DNA of 64,000 nucleotides from an uncultured Bdellovibrionales bacterium (GTDB lineage Bacteria > Bdellovibrionota > Bdellovibrionia > Bdellovibrionales > UBA1609), in the NCBI GenBank assembly GCA_903833275.1, contig CAILEP010000035.1, positions 41,602 through 105,601 of the forward strand. The letters run 5' to 3'. The notes under the pieces were generated by a model. The model was not told where the DNA came from. It did not search any database and saw only the letters and a program-made list of their open reading frames with translations. How positions within the stretch are numbered: the first letter of the stretch is position 1; every line of letters starts with the position of its first letter. The position numbers and the translations under genes were made by a program. Shown piece after piece: positions 1-9,875 of this stretch.

Positions 1-1
1 C

Positions 2-880
2 GGGCAGCCAGTTACCCTCAAAGTGCGCATTGATGGCAAGGGCAATGCTAAGGTCATTGATTTTCCGAAATTAGATTTGGGTTCGAACGTTCAAGTCTAT
101 GACCCAAAAATCAACATGAAATTTTTCGCCAATGGCCGTAGTTTTAAAGAGTTCGAAACTTTAATCGTTTCGCGAGCGCCGGGCGAATTGAAGATACCAG
201 CTATCAGCTTTTGGTTTTTCAATCCTGAAACTAAAAATTACGTCGAAGGGCGGACCACCGAGCTCACGGTACAGGTCGACCCCAGTGACGGAACAAACTC
301 GATCACGGCTCAAAAACTTGAAAGCCCGACAATCGCCAAAGCCGCAGAGCCGAAGGCGGCGACGCTGCCCGATCTTGTTTTCGCGTCAGAGCGCCCGGCG
401 TCGCTCTCAACCCAACAGCAGCTCGGGGCCTGGGCGGCTTTATTTCTTCTGACGATTTTGTCGCTTTGGGGTTACGGCTGGAAGCTTTTTCGTTCAAAAG
501 AAAAGCGTGAAGATCTTCGCCAGAAAATCGATCGCCGGCTGAAAGAAATAGAGTCATCACTCGACGCCGGTCGTTGGCGCGAAGTGGGCGTACATGCCAC
601 CGAGTTGATTTCGTTTATGCTAGGTGAAATAGCGGGCCTCGGCGGGGCCAGCTTTGAATTCGATAAGCTTATCGATAAAGCGCCGCCTAGTTTTAAGCGT
701 GAATTAGCCGGGCCGTTGAATGTGCTAATGCAAAAACTCGCGGTAGTGGCCTATGCACCTGATGCGGTGGTTGGCGCTCTTCGAGAAAAACCAAATCTAA
801 AGAAACTCTTGAGCGAAACCCGTCAACTGCTTGGTCGAGCGGCTGAATATGATTTCAGCGTTGCAAGCGAGAATAAGTAA
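2..880 (+). CDS. BatD-like (aerotolerance family) membrane protein, C-terminal part; the 5' end lies outside the window
   Basis: The frame is open from base 2 (GQPVTLKVRIDGKGN...), so the Met at 23 is internal. The layout is a beta-rich body, one TM helix (AWAALFLLTILSLWGYGW), then a helical tail. The family call is from memory of BatD sequences. Confidence 0.5.
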   Translation, partial: GQPVTLKVRIDGKGNAKVIDFPKLDLGSNVQVYDPKINMKFFANGRSFKEFETLIVSRAPGELKIPAISFWFFNPETKNYVEGRTTELTVQVDPSDGTNSITAQKLESPTIAKAAEPKAATLPDLVFASERPASLSTQQQLGAWAALFLLTILSLWGYGWKLFRSKEKREDLRQKIDRRLKEIESSLDAGRWREVGVHATELISFMLGEIAGLGGASFEFDKLIDKAPPSFKRELAGPLNVLMQKLAVVAYAPDAVVGALREKPNLKKLLSETRQLLGRAAEYDFSVASENK

Positions 881-3315
881 TGAAGAATTTTTTGACGGTT
901 TTTCGGGCCACAGGTTGTTTGATCGGCCTCCTCATTGCCATTGTGTGTTCGTCGCCAGCGGTATCTCAAGACCTTCATAAAGTGAATCTCGCGTTCAACG
1001 ATGCTGTGCCCGCCCCAAACAAAGCCGCGCAAGATTTGAGCGCCATTCGTAAGGCCGCTGACGACCAAAAATTCGATCAATGCGCAAGTCTCGCTAAAAA
1101 GGGCGAAGCCCAATTCGCAGAGTATGGCCCATGGCTGCGAGTGGCTGGCATTAGTTGCCAGAGGCGTTTTTTTGAAAAATCCAAAAAGGGCTACAAAGAT
1201 CTTTCGGCCCATATTGCGAATACCTGGCAAAACTCAATTTGGCTATTGCGCGGGCCCCATGTAACCGCTCTTAGACAAGAGTTGATCGATGGCACATTGG
1301 CATTGATTGACTCTGAGATTAAAGACAAACGTAAAAAAGCGTGGGCTAACATTAACAAGCTGACTTCAGTTAAGGATTGGCTTGATCATCACGAGTTGGC
1401 AGTGGTCTATCGCGCCGCGGGCGATTTGAGTTTTGTGGAGCAAAATTCGCGCGCCGCTCGCGACTACCTGGCGATGAGCTTGCGCGAGGAGCCCAATCGC
1501 AATGTTGAATTGCGTTTAAAATCGATTAAAGAGCCGGCAAAAGTTGCCTCAGCTGGCAAGGGCTCTGAGAAAGAAGATGTCGCCGAAAATGACGTGCCGT
1601 CGAACGAAAGCGCCACCGAACCCCCTAAGGCGACTGGCGGCGCAGTTGATAGTGTGACAACGACTAAATCAGAGACCGCGCCCGATTCGGCCGTAGAGCC
1701 CGCTACAGACGCTGGCGAAGTGAGCTCGACGGTCTTATCAACAGCTGAGAGCAGCGACGAAGAGAACGCCATCTTCAAACGGTTTCGCGAAGCGGTTAAG
1801 GCGCAAAATACGCTTGTGGCTTTGGATGAAGCCATGACTTTGTTAAAAAAATTCGCCGGCGGCACAAAAGCACAGCAATCATCAAAAGAAGTGCTCGCCC
1901 TGATTTTGAGTTTAGAGGTAAAGGCGGCGAACGAGTCGACGGCAGATAAGTTTATGTCGATTAAGAAAGATGCGATTAGTCGGATGAAGAACGCCGACGG
2001 CCAGCGGCTTTTTGACTGGGCGGCCACATTGGCGGCAAAAGGTTACTACAATGACGCCGTCGAGCTCTCTCAAAACAGTCTCGAGCAGGTCGGAGGCCAG
2101 CCCATTTCGACAAAAATACTTTTGCTCTGCGCCCAGTCGGCGACCCATGTCGCAGATTTGAAAAAAGCTCGCGAATTATTTCTCAAGCTTGCGCGTGAAC
2201 ATGCCGGCACCAAGGCCGCGAGCGAAGCGACCTTTCGTATGGGTATAATTGATATGCGCGAGCAAAAGTACTCAGAAGCCGCTGAACAATTTGAAAAGTA
2301 TTTGGGGTTGGAGAACAACTCTGACTACGAAGCGTCGTCGATGTACTGGCTTTGGCGTTCTCAACAAAAAACCAAATCAGGCAAGGCCAGCGATTCGGCT
2401 GAGAAATTGATTTCGAAATACCCGCTGAGTTATTTTGGTCTGCGAGCACGCTCTGAGCTCGCCGGCGGGTCGCTTATATTTGAAAGAGACTTTCGCAACA
2501 AAGTGCAAATTTCGCTTCAACTTACGCAAAGTGATTACGCTGGTTATGAGCGTTACAAGACACTTGCCCTGGCTGGTTGGAGTGAAGAGGGTAAGGCTGA
2601 GCTGGCCGCTCTCCCCATGCCGGATTCACCCGAAGCCAAATTAGTATTCGCCGAACTTTGGGCTCATGTACATGACTACGTAAAAGCCTCAGAGCTTTTG
2701 CTGGCCGCCTTTCAAAAAAACCCCGACTACGTGACGGTGGCGGCGATCAGAACAATTTACCCCACTGAATATGGCCCCGATATAAAGCGCGAGGCCGGTC
2801 GTTATGCCATCCCGAAAGAGTTGGTGCAGGCTTTAATCAAACAAGAAAGCTCATACCGTGCCGACGTTAAGAGCCCTGCCGGCGCCATTGGGCTCATGCA
2901 GCTCTTGCCTTCGACTGCGCGTGAAGTCGCACTCGATATGAAAATTAAAATGAGCGATGCCGCCGTCGATCTCACGCACCCGCAGGTGAATTTGAAAATT
3001 GGCACCAACTATTTGCACCGAAAACTTCGTTTATTTGATGGCCATGTGCCCTTAGCGCTAGCGGCTTACAATGCAGGCATTGGCAATATTCGAACGTGGT
3101 TGCGGTCGCGCCAAGACCTCAAAGACCTTGCTCATTCGCAGACGTCCCAACCTGAGACCGAGCTTTGGTTTGACGAGTTACCGTGGGCTGAAACGAGCGG
3201 CTATATCAAAGGTATTTTGCGCAATATGATGATCTATCGATTACTAGACCATGGGCAGTACGTTTTAACTGACCCGGTCTGGAAGTTTACTGAAAAATCG
3301 GACTCCTCGACCTAA
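880..3315 (+). CDS. slt: soluble lytic murein transglycosylase (Slt70-like, GH23)
   Basis: 811-aa ORF with a signal peptide. The C-terminal SLT domain shows the motifs 'LIKQESSYR', 'GAIGLMQLLPSTA' and 'LALAAYNAGIGN'. The ATG overlaps the upstream stop (TAATG). Confidence 0.85.
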   Translation: MKNFLTVFRATGCLIGLLIAIVCSSPAVSQDLHKVNLAFNDAVPAPNKAAQDLSAIRKAADDQKFDQCASLAKKGEAQFAEYGPWLRVAGISCQRRFFEKSKKGYKDLSAHIANTWQNSIWLLRGPHVTALRQELIDGTLALIDSEIKDKRKKAWANINKLTSVKDWLDHHELAVVYRAAGDLSFVEQNSRAARDYLAMSLREEPNRNVELRLKSIKEPAKVASAGKGSEKEDVAENDVPSNESATEPPKATGGAVDSVTTTKSETAPDSAVEPATDAGEVSSTVLSTAESSDEENAIFKRFREAVKAQNTLVALDEAMTLLKKFAGGTKAQQSSKEVLALILSLEVKAANESTADKFMSIKKDAISRMKNADGQRLFDWAATLAAKGYYNDAVELSQNSLEQVGGQPISTKILLLCAQSATHVADLKKARELFLKLAREHAGTKAASEATFRMGIIDMREQKYSEAAEQFEKYLGLENNSDYEASSMYWLWRSQQKTKSGKASDSAEKLISKYPLSYFGLRARSELAGGSLIFERDFRNKVQISLQLTQSDYAGYERYKTLALAGWSEEGKAELAALPMPDSPEAKLVFAELWAHVHDYVKASELLLAAFQKNPDYVTVAAIRTIYPTEYGPDIKREAGRYAIPKELVQALIKQESSYRADVKSPAGAIGLMQLLPSTAREVALDMKIKMSDAAVDLTHPQVNLKIGTNYLHRKLRLFDGHVPLALAAYNAGIGNIRTWLRSRQDLKDLAHSQTSQPETELWFDELPWAETSGYIKGILRNMMIYRLLDHGQYVLTDPVWKFTEKSDSST

Positions 3316-3357
3316 ATAGGGTTGAGCCAGCCAGACTTGTTGGATAAACTTTTAGAT

Positions 3358-4881
3358 ATGACAAACGCTTATCAACGCAGTGGTTCAAAGATTCTTAGCG
3401 CGGCTTCGGCCTTAATTATAGTCGGCCTTCAAGTGGGGTCACTGTGGCTTTCTGGTTGCGCGACGACTTCGTCGAAAGACCCCGTGGCGCCGTTGTCAGA
3501 CGTACCAAAGATCATACCCGAACAGGGTTATACGCCGAATACGCATTATGGCCCTATCGCGCTTGACGATAACCCGCGGGTTGATCAGTGGATTAAGTAC
3601 TTCACTGGCCGTGGTCGTAAATACATGCATATCTATCTTGAACGCTCAGCTCGTTACATGCCGTTAATGAAAGCGACATTTCGCGAACGCGGTATGCCTG
3701 ACGAACTGGCCTACGTCGCCATGATTGAGTCGGGCTTTAGTTCTTCGGCTTTTTCAAATGCCAGCGCTGTCGGCTATTGGCAGTTTATTCGTGAAACTGG
3801 TAAGCGCTATAATTTGCGCATAGACCCCTATGTTGACGAGCGTCGCGACCCGATTCTTTCGACCCAAGCCGCCGCGACTTACCTTGATTCATTATTCAGT
3901 CTTTTCGGGGATTGGCATTTGGCACTTGCGGCCTACAATTCGGGCGAGCAGCGTGTACTCAATGCTGTTATGAAAAAGCGCACCCGTAATTTTTGGGAGC
4001 TCGCAGCTTTGCGTAAAGCTCTGCCCAAAGAAACTGTTAACTATGTGCCAAAGTTTATCGCGGCAGTGAGAATCGCTGAACACCCTGAGAAATACGGCTT
4101 TACTGACATTGATTTTCAACCGGCCTTTACTTTTGATTCTGTAGTGGTTGAGAAGCCTATCAGTCTTGAGACGCTTTCAGCTGAGCTCAAAGTTGATTAC
4201 GACGATATGAAGCTTATGAACCCGCGCTATAAGAGTGATTTTGTGCCGGTTTATAACGATCGCGTGAATGCGGTTCGTGTCCCGGTCGGCATGAAAGAGC
4301 AGACTGTATCGGCGATTACCCGATCATTTAGCGAAGCCCCAAAGCATTTTGTCTCGTCATTTGAGTATTATAAAATTCGTCGCGGAGAAACTCTTTCTCA
4401 TATCGCCAAGCGCTTTCACACTTCGGTGGCCAAGCTTCGCGATCTAAATGATTTCTCGCGCCGCACGACCATACGCGCCGGCAAAAAAATAAAGGTTCCA
4501 GAAAAATTTGATAAGGCAATGGCCAAGGGTGAGATGACCAAAGCCAAAGTCCATGAGCCAGCAAGCGAAGACGTTTCGTCGGTGAGCGAAAAGACAGCCC
4601 TCATTGCGAGCCGCGAGGTCGCAACTGAAACGCCGGTAAAATCTTCAGAAAAAAAGAGCCGTTCACACGGCAGCAAGAGTGCTCATGCCAAAAAGTCTTC
4701 CGCTGCCAGCGCGATTGCAAAGGCTGATGGCGATAAGAAAGTGCATGTGGTTCGCCGAGGCGAGAATCTTTCGACGATTGCACGCAAATACAAGGTCACC
4801 ATTTCGCAAATTGCCCACGCCAACTCGTTGACTAAAAGGTCGAAAATTTTCGCTGGCACTGAGCTTATAATCCCAGATTAG
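3358..4881 (+). CDS. mltD: membrane-bound lytic murein transglycosylase D-like lipoprotein with two C-terminal LysM domains
   Basis: Lipobox 'WLSGC', and SLT motifs 'MIESGFSSSA', 'AVGYWQF' and 'LALAAYNSGEQRV'. Two LysM repeats are present (YKIRRGETLSHIAKRF..., HVVRRGENLSTIARKY...). The start is set at the ATG at 3358; a TTG at 3322 is also possible. Confidence 0.8.
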   Translation: MTNAYQRSGSKILSAASALIIVGLQVGSLWLSGCATTSSKDPVAPLSDVPKIIPEQGYTPNTHYGPIALDDNPRVDQWIKYFTGRGRKYMHIYLERSARYMPLMKATFRERGMPDELAYVAMIESGFSSSAFSNASAVGYWQFIRETGKRYNLRIDPYVDERRDPILSTQAAATYLDSLFSLFGDWHLALAAYNSGEQRVLNAVMKKRTRNFWELAALRKALPKETVNYVPKFIAAVRIAEHPEKYGFTDIDFQPAFTFDSVVVEKPISLETLSAELKVDYDDMKLMNPRYKSDFVPVYNDRVNAVRVPVGMKEQTVSAITRSFSEAPKHFVSSFEYYKIRRGETLSHIAKRFHTSVAKLRDLNDFSRRTTIRAGKKIKVPEKFDKAMAKGEMTKAKVHEPASEDVSSVSEKTALIASREVATETPVKSSEKKSRSHGSKSAHAKKSSAASAIAKADGDKKVHVVRRGENLSTIARKYKVTISQIAHANSLTKRSKIFAGTELIIPD

Positions 4882-4909
4882 TTGGCAATAAATTTATAAC
4901 GCTAACAGG

Positions 4910-5287
4910 CTATTTTTTAAGAGCGGCTCTAGCCGCTCGGTAGGCCATATCAAAAAATGGCCGCGAGTCTTGATCGGCCGTGGCGAGAGTTTCTTTGTAG
5001 GCGTTTTCGATTGTTTCAAGAGAAGTACCAGGCGGCAGGCCAAAGACCTCATAAACATCAAAATTATGCCCATTGAATTGAAAAATTATATTGAGATTGC
5101 GCTCTTGTCGCCGAGTGTGCTCAGGGGCATTTTTGAATTCCACCAGATCCAGCTTGTTTTGACTTTGAGATTCACGTAATTTGAGCCGGCTGGTTGGGTT
5201 CTTCTTTGGGCGCCACATCAGATAGGCCACGACAAGCACCACGACAGAGCCATAGAGATAAACATAGTTGCTGGTGCTTGGGTCCAT
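4910..5287 (-). CDS. small membrane-anchored protein with a J-domain-like C-terminus lacking the HPD motif
   Basis: 125-aa ORF with an N-terminal TM helix (YVYLYGSVVVLVVAYLMW). The C-terminus 'FDVYEVFGLPPGTSLETIENAYKETLA' resembles J-domain helices I-II, but no HPD follows. Confidence 0.45.
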   Translation of the reverse strand: MDPSTSNYVYLYGSVVVLVVAYLMWRPKKNPTSRLKLRESQSQNKLDLVEFKNAPEHTRRQERNLNIIFQFNGHNFDVYEVFGLPPGTSLETIENAYKETLATADQDSRPFFDMAYRAARAALKK

Positions 5288-5316
5288 GAGTCAATTTTTT
5301 CGTGTAGGTGTTATGC

Positions 5317-6156
5317 ATGTCAACGAACGCATCTAATAATTCGCCAACTAGGCCGTCACCGAACCCTTTTGAGCGCCAAGCACCCATACCCGGAGTTAAA
5401 CACGTCCTGCTCGTTGGCTCAGGTAAGGGCGGGGTCGGCAAATCAACCATAGCTGCGAACTTGGCAGTGGCTCTAAAGAGCGAAGGCTTAAAGGTCGGCC
5501 TGCTCGATGCAGATGTTTATGGGCCCTCGTTACCAAGAATGTTTGGCGCCCTCAACCAACGTCTAGCCATAAGTGATGCCGGCAAGCTTCAGCCACTGGT
5601 TCGTCATGGTCTTTGTTTGATGAGCATTGGCTTTGTGGTCGACGAGAACAAGGCGTTGGTTTGGCGTGGCCCGATGCTTTTTAAAGCGATTGAACAATTT
5701 CTTCGCGATGTCGTTTGGGGTGAGCTTGATGTGCTGGTTGTCGATCTACCACCGGGCACTGGCGACGTGGTGTTAACGTTAGCACAGAAAGTACCAGTCT
5801 CCGGGGCTGTGGTCGTTTGCACTCCGCAAAATATTGCTTTGGTCGATGCTATGAAAGCTGTCGATATGTTCGACCAAGTTAAAGTGCCCGTGCTTGGAGT
5901 GGTCGAAAACATGGCCTATCTTGAGCAGCCAAGTGTTGGCGGGGCGGACCCCGTTCGTATTCAGTTGTTCCCGAAGGGTAATCTTGATGGGTATATCGAA
6001 ACCAAAGGTTTGAGTAAGCTCGGTCAGGTTGCCTTCGAGCCGAGAATCGGTTTGAGTTCTGAGGCGGGGCTGCCCATATTGGTCAGCGAGCCCGAGAGCC
6101 CAATGGCCGAAAATTTTCGCCAGATGGCGCGAAAACTGATTTTACTTCTTAAATAA
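5317..6156 (+). CDS. apbC: Mrp/ApbC-type Fe-S cluster carrier ATPase (ParA/MinD superfamily)
   Basis: Deviant Walker A 'GSGKGGVGKST', 'VVDLPPGTGD' and 'VVCTPQNIALVDA'. The ATG at 5317 is preceded by AGGTG. Confidence 0.85.
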   Translation: MSTNASNNSPTRPSPNPFERQAPIPGVKHVLLVGSGKGGVGKSTIAANLAVALKSEGLKVGLLDADVYGPSLPRMFGALNQRLAISDAGKLQPLVRHGLCLMSIGFVVDENKALVWRGPMLFKAIEQFLRDVVWGELDVLVVDLPPGTGDVVLTLAQKVPVSGAVVVCTPQNIALVDAMKAVDMFDQVKVPVLGVVENMAYLEQPSVGGADPVRIQLFPKGNLDGYIETKGLSKLGQVAFEPRIGLSSEAGLPILVSEPESPMAENFRQMARKLILLLK

Positions 6157-7344
6157 TCCGTCTAGCGGCTTAAAGCGTTGGCCGCGGCGAATTTCATCGA
6201 GCGAATAGAAAACCCCGCGCCATGAGATGCCGTTTTGTCTATGGCAAATGAACGCCGAGCGTAGGCTTATTAACGGAAACAAAACAAAAGTGATCGGCAG
6301 CCACAAAACCATCAGTGGAGAAATTCGGGCCCAGCGACCGAAGGCATAGGCCGTATATAAAAAATAGCTTAAGGCCCCAGTCACAAAAAAAATTTGTGCG
6401 AAAGGGCTGGGTGCGAGCGGTGGTATGAAAATAGAGCTGAGTAAAAGCGCCCAGGTGAGAAAAATAAACGTTAAAAGATTCGGCATTGAGTATTGAAACA
6501 TCGCGAAGCCATTTTTCTCAAGCCCGCGAATAAAGCCGCGCAAGTTCGGATACCATTCAATTTCAATTTCGCTCATGCCGTCACAGAGACCAAGTCTGCC
6601 ACCGGCCTTTTTAATAAGAAAAGCCAAGCCTGAGTCATCGACGACTTCCATCTTTAGCCCTTCAAAGCCCTCTGACGAATCAAAAGTCGAACGCCGAACC
6701 AGATTGAATGCCCCGATGCCCAAAGCGTCGGGCAGGTTTGGGTCGCTCAAGCGTTTTTGGTCAAGGACCACGGCCCCTTGGTGTAAGAACTGATTGACAA
6801 AGATTTTGAGCCAAAAAGAGTTCATGATAAATCGCGGGCTGATGGTTAAAAAATCGAGCCCTTTTTTTTCGACGTAACTCAGAGCCCTCTTCAGCGCTTC
6901 GGGCCGAAAATGAACATCGGCATCGGTAAAAAGCAGCCACTCGCCGGTTGCGGCCTTTACGCCTTCATTGAGTGCGTGAACTTTGCCAAGCCAGCCTGGC
7001 GGCAAGGTTTTGATTTCGACAACTTTAATGCGTGGTTCGCTAAGGGCCAGTTTTTTAATTAAGGCGTTTGTGTTGTCGGTCGATCGATCGTCGATCAAAA
7101 CAATTTCAAGAGCGGGGTAATCGATTTTCAACAGCGAACTCGCGGCTTGAAAAATTGTCTCGCCCTCGTTACAGGCCGGTATGATCAAACTGACTTTTGG
7201 CCAAAGAGCCGTTCTGTTTTCATCGAACCAAACGTCTTTTAGATATTCAAGATTGTCATAAAAGCGAATGAGTCGCGCGGTGAGCGAAAAATACCAAACA
7301 CCGAGAAGGGCCGTCGAAACATCTAAGAAGGTGTGAAGCCACAT
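6142..7344 (-). CDS. family 2 glycosyltransferase, membrane-bound
   Basis: 'IIPACNEGETI', 'IDDRSTDNT' and 'FTDADV' (DxD) motifs, with several C-terminal TM helices. The start is set at the Met at 7344, which avoids a 41-nt overlap with the upstream gene. Confidence 0.75.
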   Translation of the reverse strand: MWLHTFLDVSTALLGVWYFSLTARLIRFYDNLEYLKDVWFDENRTALWPKVSLIIPACNEGETIFQAASSLLKIDYPALEIVLIDDRSTDNTNALIKKLALSEPRIKVVEIKTLPPGWLGKVHALNEGVKAATGEWLLFTDADVHFRPEALKRALSYVEKKGLDFLTISPRFIMNSFWLKIFVNQFLHQGAVVLDQKRLSDPNLPDALGIGAFNLVRRSTFDSSEGFEGLKMEVVDDSGLAFLIKKAGGRLGLCDGMSEIEIEWYPNLRGFIRGLEKNGFAMFQYSMPNLLTFIFLTWALLLSSIFIPPLAPSPFAQIFFVTGALSYFLYTAYAFGRWARISPLMVLWLPITFVLFPLISLRSAFICHRQNGISWRGVFYSLDEIRRGQRFKPLDGLFKK

Positions 7345-7351
7345 TCGTAAA

Positions 7352-8521
7352 TCAGTTCTGTTGGCGCGCAGCAGATTCGCGAACCATCTCAAGAATTTTA
7401 GCTAAGGCCACGTTTAGGTCGTTCTCTTTGGTGAAGCGGCCAATCCCGAAGCGAATAGTGGCGCGGGCGCGAGCCGTAGGCAGCCCAATGGCGGCCAAAA
7501 CATGCGACGGGGCGCCTTGCGAGCAAGCCGAGCCCGCGCTCACGGCTAGACCCGAAAGACTGAAGGCAAAAGCATCGGCCGAAAGTTCAGAAAATGAAAA
7601 ACTGATATTCGATACCAGGCGTTCGCGACGATGGCCATTGAGGTGCGCCGTCGGGATCGCATTGAGAACGCGATCGATAAATTGATCACGCAACAATCTC
7701 AATCTTTCAGTCTCGCTCGTCATCTCTCGTTGGCAAATGTCACAAGCCACACCCAGGCCGACAACACCGGGCACATTCAGTGTTCCGGGCCGAACGCCGT
7801 GTTCTTGGCCGCCGCCGAACTGCAGGGGTAGAAGTTCGATATTTTGCCGAACATAAAGAAAGCCAACGCCCTTTGGGGCATACAATTTGTGGCCAGAAAC
7901 CGAGAGCAAATCAATATTCAAGGCATTGACATCAATTGGCACGCGACCGGCCGCTTGAGCGGCATCAACGTGAAAGATTACATCGTCAGGCAATATTGCG
8001 CCAATCTCGCCAATTGGGTTGATCGAACCAATTTCATTTTGACCAAACATCACCGAAACAAGCCGTGTTGTGGGTCTAAGAGCTTTGCGAACTTGGTCGG
8101 CACTCACTCGGCCGTCGGCGTCAACCGGCAAATAGGTAACTTCAGCGCCCTCTTTTTCAGCCTGATGGGCCACATCCAGAACCGCTTTATGCTCGACCGC
8201 CGTTGTAATCAGATGGGGGCGGTTATTTTTTGCTTCTGTGCTCTTATTTTGCGAAAGCGCCAGGCGCATAACGCCAAATAGGGCCAAGTTATTGGCTTCG
8301 GTGGCGCCACTGGTAAAAACGATTGTTCGTGCCTCGGCACCAAGTAACTGAGCGCACGCAACCCGCGCCTTTTCTACGGCCTGAGAGGCTTGCCAGCCAT
8401 AAGCATGCTCGGTTGACGAAGGGTTGCCAAAATCTTCGCGCAAATAGGGGAGCATAGACTCCAGAACCGAGGGGTCCACTGGGGTCGTCGCGTTATAGTC
8501 TAAATAAATTGGCCGTTCCAT
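7352..8521 (-). CDS. cysteine desulfurase (NifS/IscS class V aminotransferase)
   Basis: 'IYLDYNATTP' N-terminus, PLP-lysine motif 'SVSGHKLYAPKGVG', and active-site Cys loop 'SAGSACS'. Confidence 0.9.
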   Translation of the reverse strand: MERPIYLDYNATTPVDPSVLESMLPYLREDFGNPSSTEHAYGWQASQAVEKARVACAQLLGAEARTIVFTSGATEANNLALFGVMRLALSQNKSTEAKNNRPHLITTAVEHKAVLDVAHQAEKEGAEVTYLPVDADGRVSADQVRKALRPTTRLVSVMFGQNEIGSINPIGEIGAILPDDVIFHVDAAQAAGRVPIDVNALNIDLLSVSGHKLYAPKGVGFLYVRQNIELLPLQFGGGQEHGVRPGTLNVPGVVGLGVACDICQREMTSETERLRLLRDQFIDRVLNAIPTAHLNGHRRERLVSNISFSFSELSADAFAFSLSGLAVSAGSACSQGAPSHVLAAIGLPTARARATIRFGIGRFTKENDLNVALAKILEMVRESAARQQN

Positions 8522-8598
8522 GTTGATCACTTTGTAAATCGGAAGCTAAATAAAGTCTAGCTCCAACAGTCGGCCATAAAAAGTGAGGACGCGCCATA

Positions 8599-9807
8599 AT
8601 GCTCGATGAAAATTTACGGTCGTTTGACCTTTATAATCCTAGCGATGAACATAAAATGTTGCGCGCCTCGGTGCGCGAATTTGTTGTGGCTGAGATTGAA
8701 CCTCAGGCCCTAGAGTTCGACCGAAAAGAGCAGTTTAATTTGCCACTTTTTCGAAAACTCGGTCAGCTTGGCTTGCTCGGCATAAGTGCCCCTGAAGCTT
8801 TCGGCGGCTCGAATATGGACGCTCTCGCCTGTGTGATTGTGCACGAAGAAATAAGTTGGTCTGACCCCGGGTTTGCACTCGCTTATCTCGCCCATGCAAT
8901 GCTTTGTGTAAATAACTTCGCCCGCAACGCCAGTGACGATCTTAAAACGCGTCTTCTGCCGAAACTCTGTTCGGGGGAGTGGGTAGGGGCCATGGCCATG
9001 TCAGAGCCCCACGTCGGCACCGATGTGCTTGGCATGAAGAGCACGGCGAAGCTCGTGGGTGACCATTACGTTATTAATGGCCGCAAAATGTGGATCACCA
9101 ACGGCACCCTCGATGAAAATAAAACTCCAGCCGACGTTTGTATGGTTTATGCCAAGACCGGCGAGAAAAAAGGCCGACCACTTATTTCAACATTTATGGT
9201 TGAGAAATCTCACCCGGGTTATTCTGTCGGGCAAAAGATCAAAGACAAAAATGGCATGCGGGCTTCGAATACGGCTGAAATCGTTTTCAATGATTGCAAA
9301 GTGCCGCGCGCCAATCTGGTCGGCGCCGAAGGCGATTCAATGCTTCATATGATGAAAAATCTTGAAATTGAACGGGTAACATTAGCAGCAATGAGTTTGG
9401 GGATTGCCAAACGTTCGATGCAAGTTATGAATAAATACGCGCGCGATCGCGAGGCCTTTGGGCAACCACTAGCCGCATTCGGGCAGATTCAAAAATACAT
9501 CGGCGAGAGCTACGCCGAATATCAGGCCGCCCGAGCTTACGTTTACGACACCGCTCGCAAAATGGATCTCGATAAGGGTGGTCAGCGTCTCGATACCGAT
9601 GGTGTAAAAATTGTTGCATCAACAATGGCAAAAAATGTCGCCGATCGAGCGATTCAGGTTTTAGGCGGCTACGGCTATGTTGGCGAATACGTGGTCGAAC
9701 GCCTCTGGCGAGACGCTAAATTGCTTGAAATTGGCGGTGGCACGCTTGAAGCGCACCAAAAAAATATTACTAATGATTTAGGTAAAAACCCCGGCGTTCT
9801 CTTTTAG
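8599..9807 (+). CDS. acyl-CoA dehydrogenase (isovaleryl-CoA dehydrogenase-like)
   Basis: 402 aa with typical ACAD motifs 'AMSEPHVGTD', 'KMWITNG' and 'GGYGYVGEYVVERLWRDAKLLEIGGGT'. Confidence 0.9.
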   Translation: MLDENLRSFDLYNPSDEHKMLRASVREFVVAEIEPQALEFDRKEQFNLPLFRKLGQLGLLGISAPEAFGGSNMDALACVIVHEEISWSDPGFALAYLAHAMLCVNNFARNASDDLKTRLLPKLCSGEWVGAMAMSEPHVGTDVLGMKSTAKLVGDHYVINGRKMWITNGTLDENKTPADVCMVYAKTGEKKGRPLISTFMVEKSHPGYSVGQKIKDKNGMRASNTAEIVFNDCKVPRANLVGAEGDSMLHMMKNLEIERVTLAAMSLGIAKRSMQVMNKYARDREAFGQPLAAFGQIQKYIGESYAEYQAARAYVYDTARKMDLDKGGQRLDTDGVKIVASTMAKNVADRAIQVLGGYGYVGEYVVERLWRDAKLLEIGGGTLEAHQKNITNDLGKNPGVLF

Positions 9808-9875
9808 TAGCCGCGCGGGTTTACATTCTAAACTAACTTTGATACTCTGCGCGTCAAATTTAAAAAGGCGTGTAG

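Noticed and set aside
4910-5287. DnaJ-type co-chaperone
   Set aside because: The J-like segment lacks the HPD tripeptide that is essential for Hsp70 stimulation (ADQD sits in its place). I call it only J-like.
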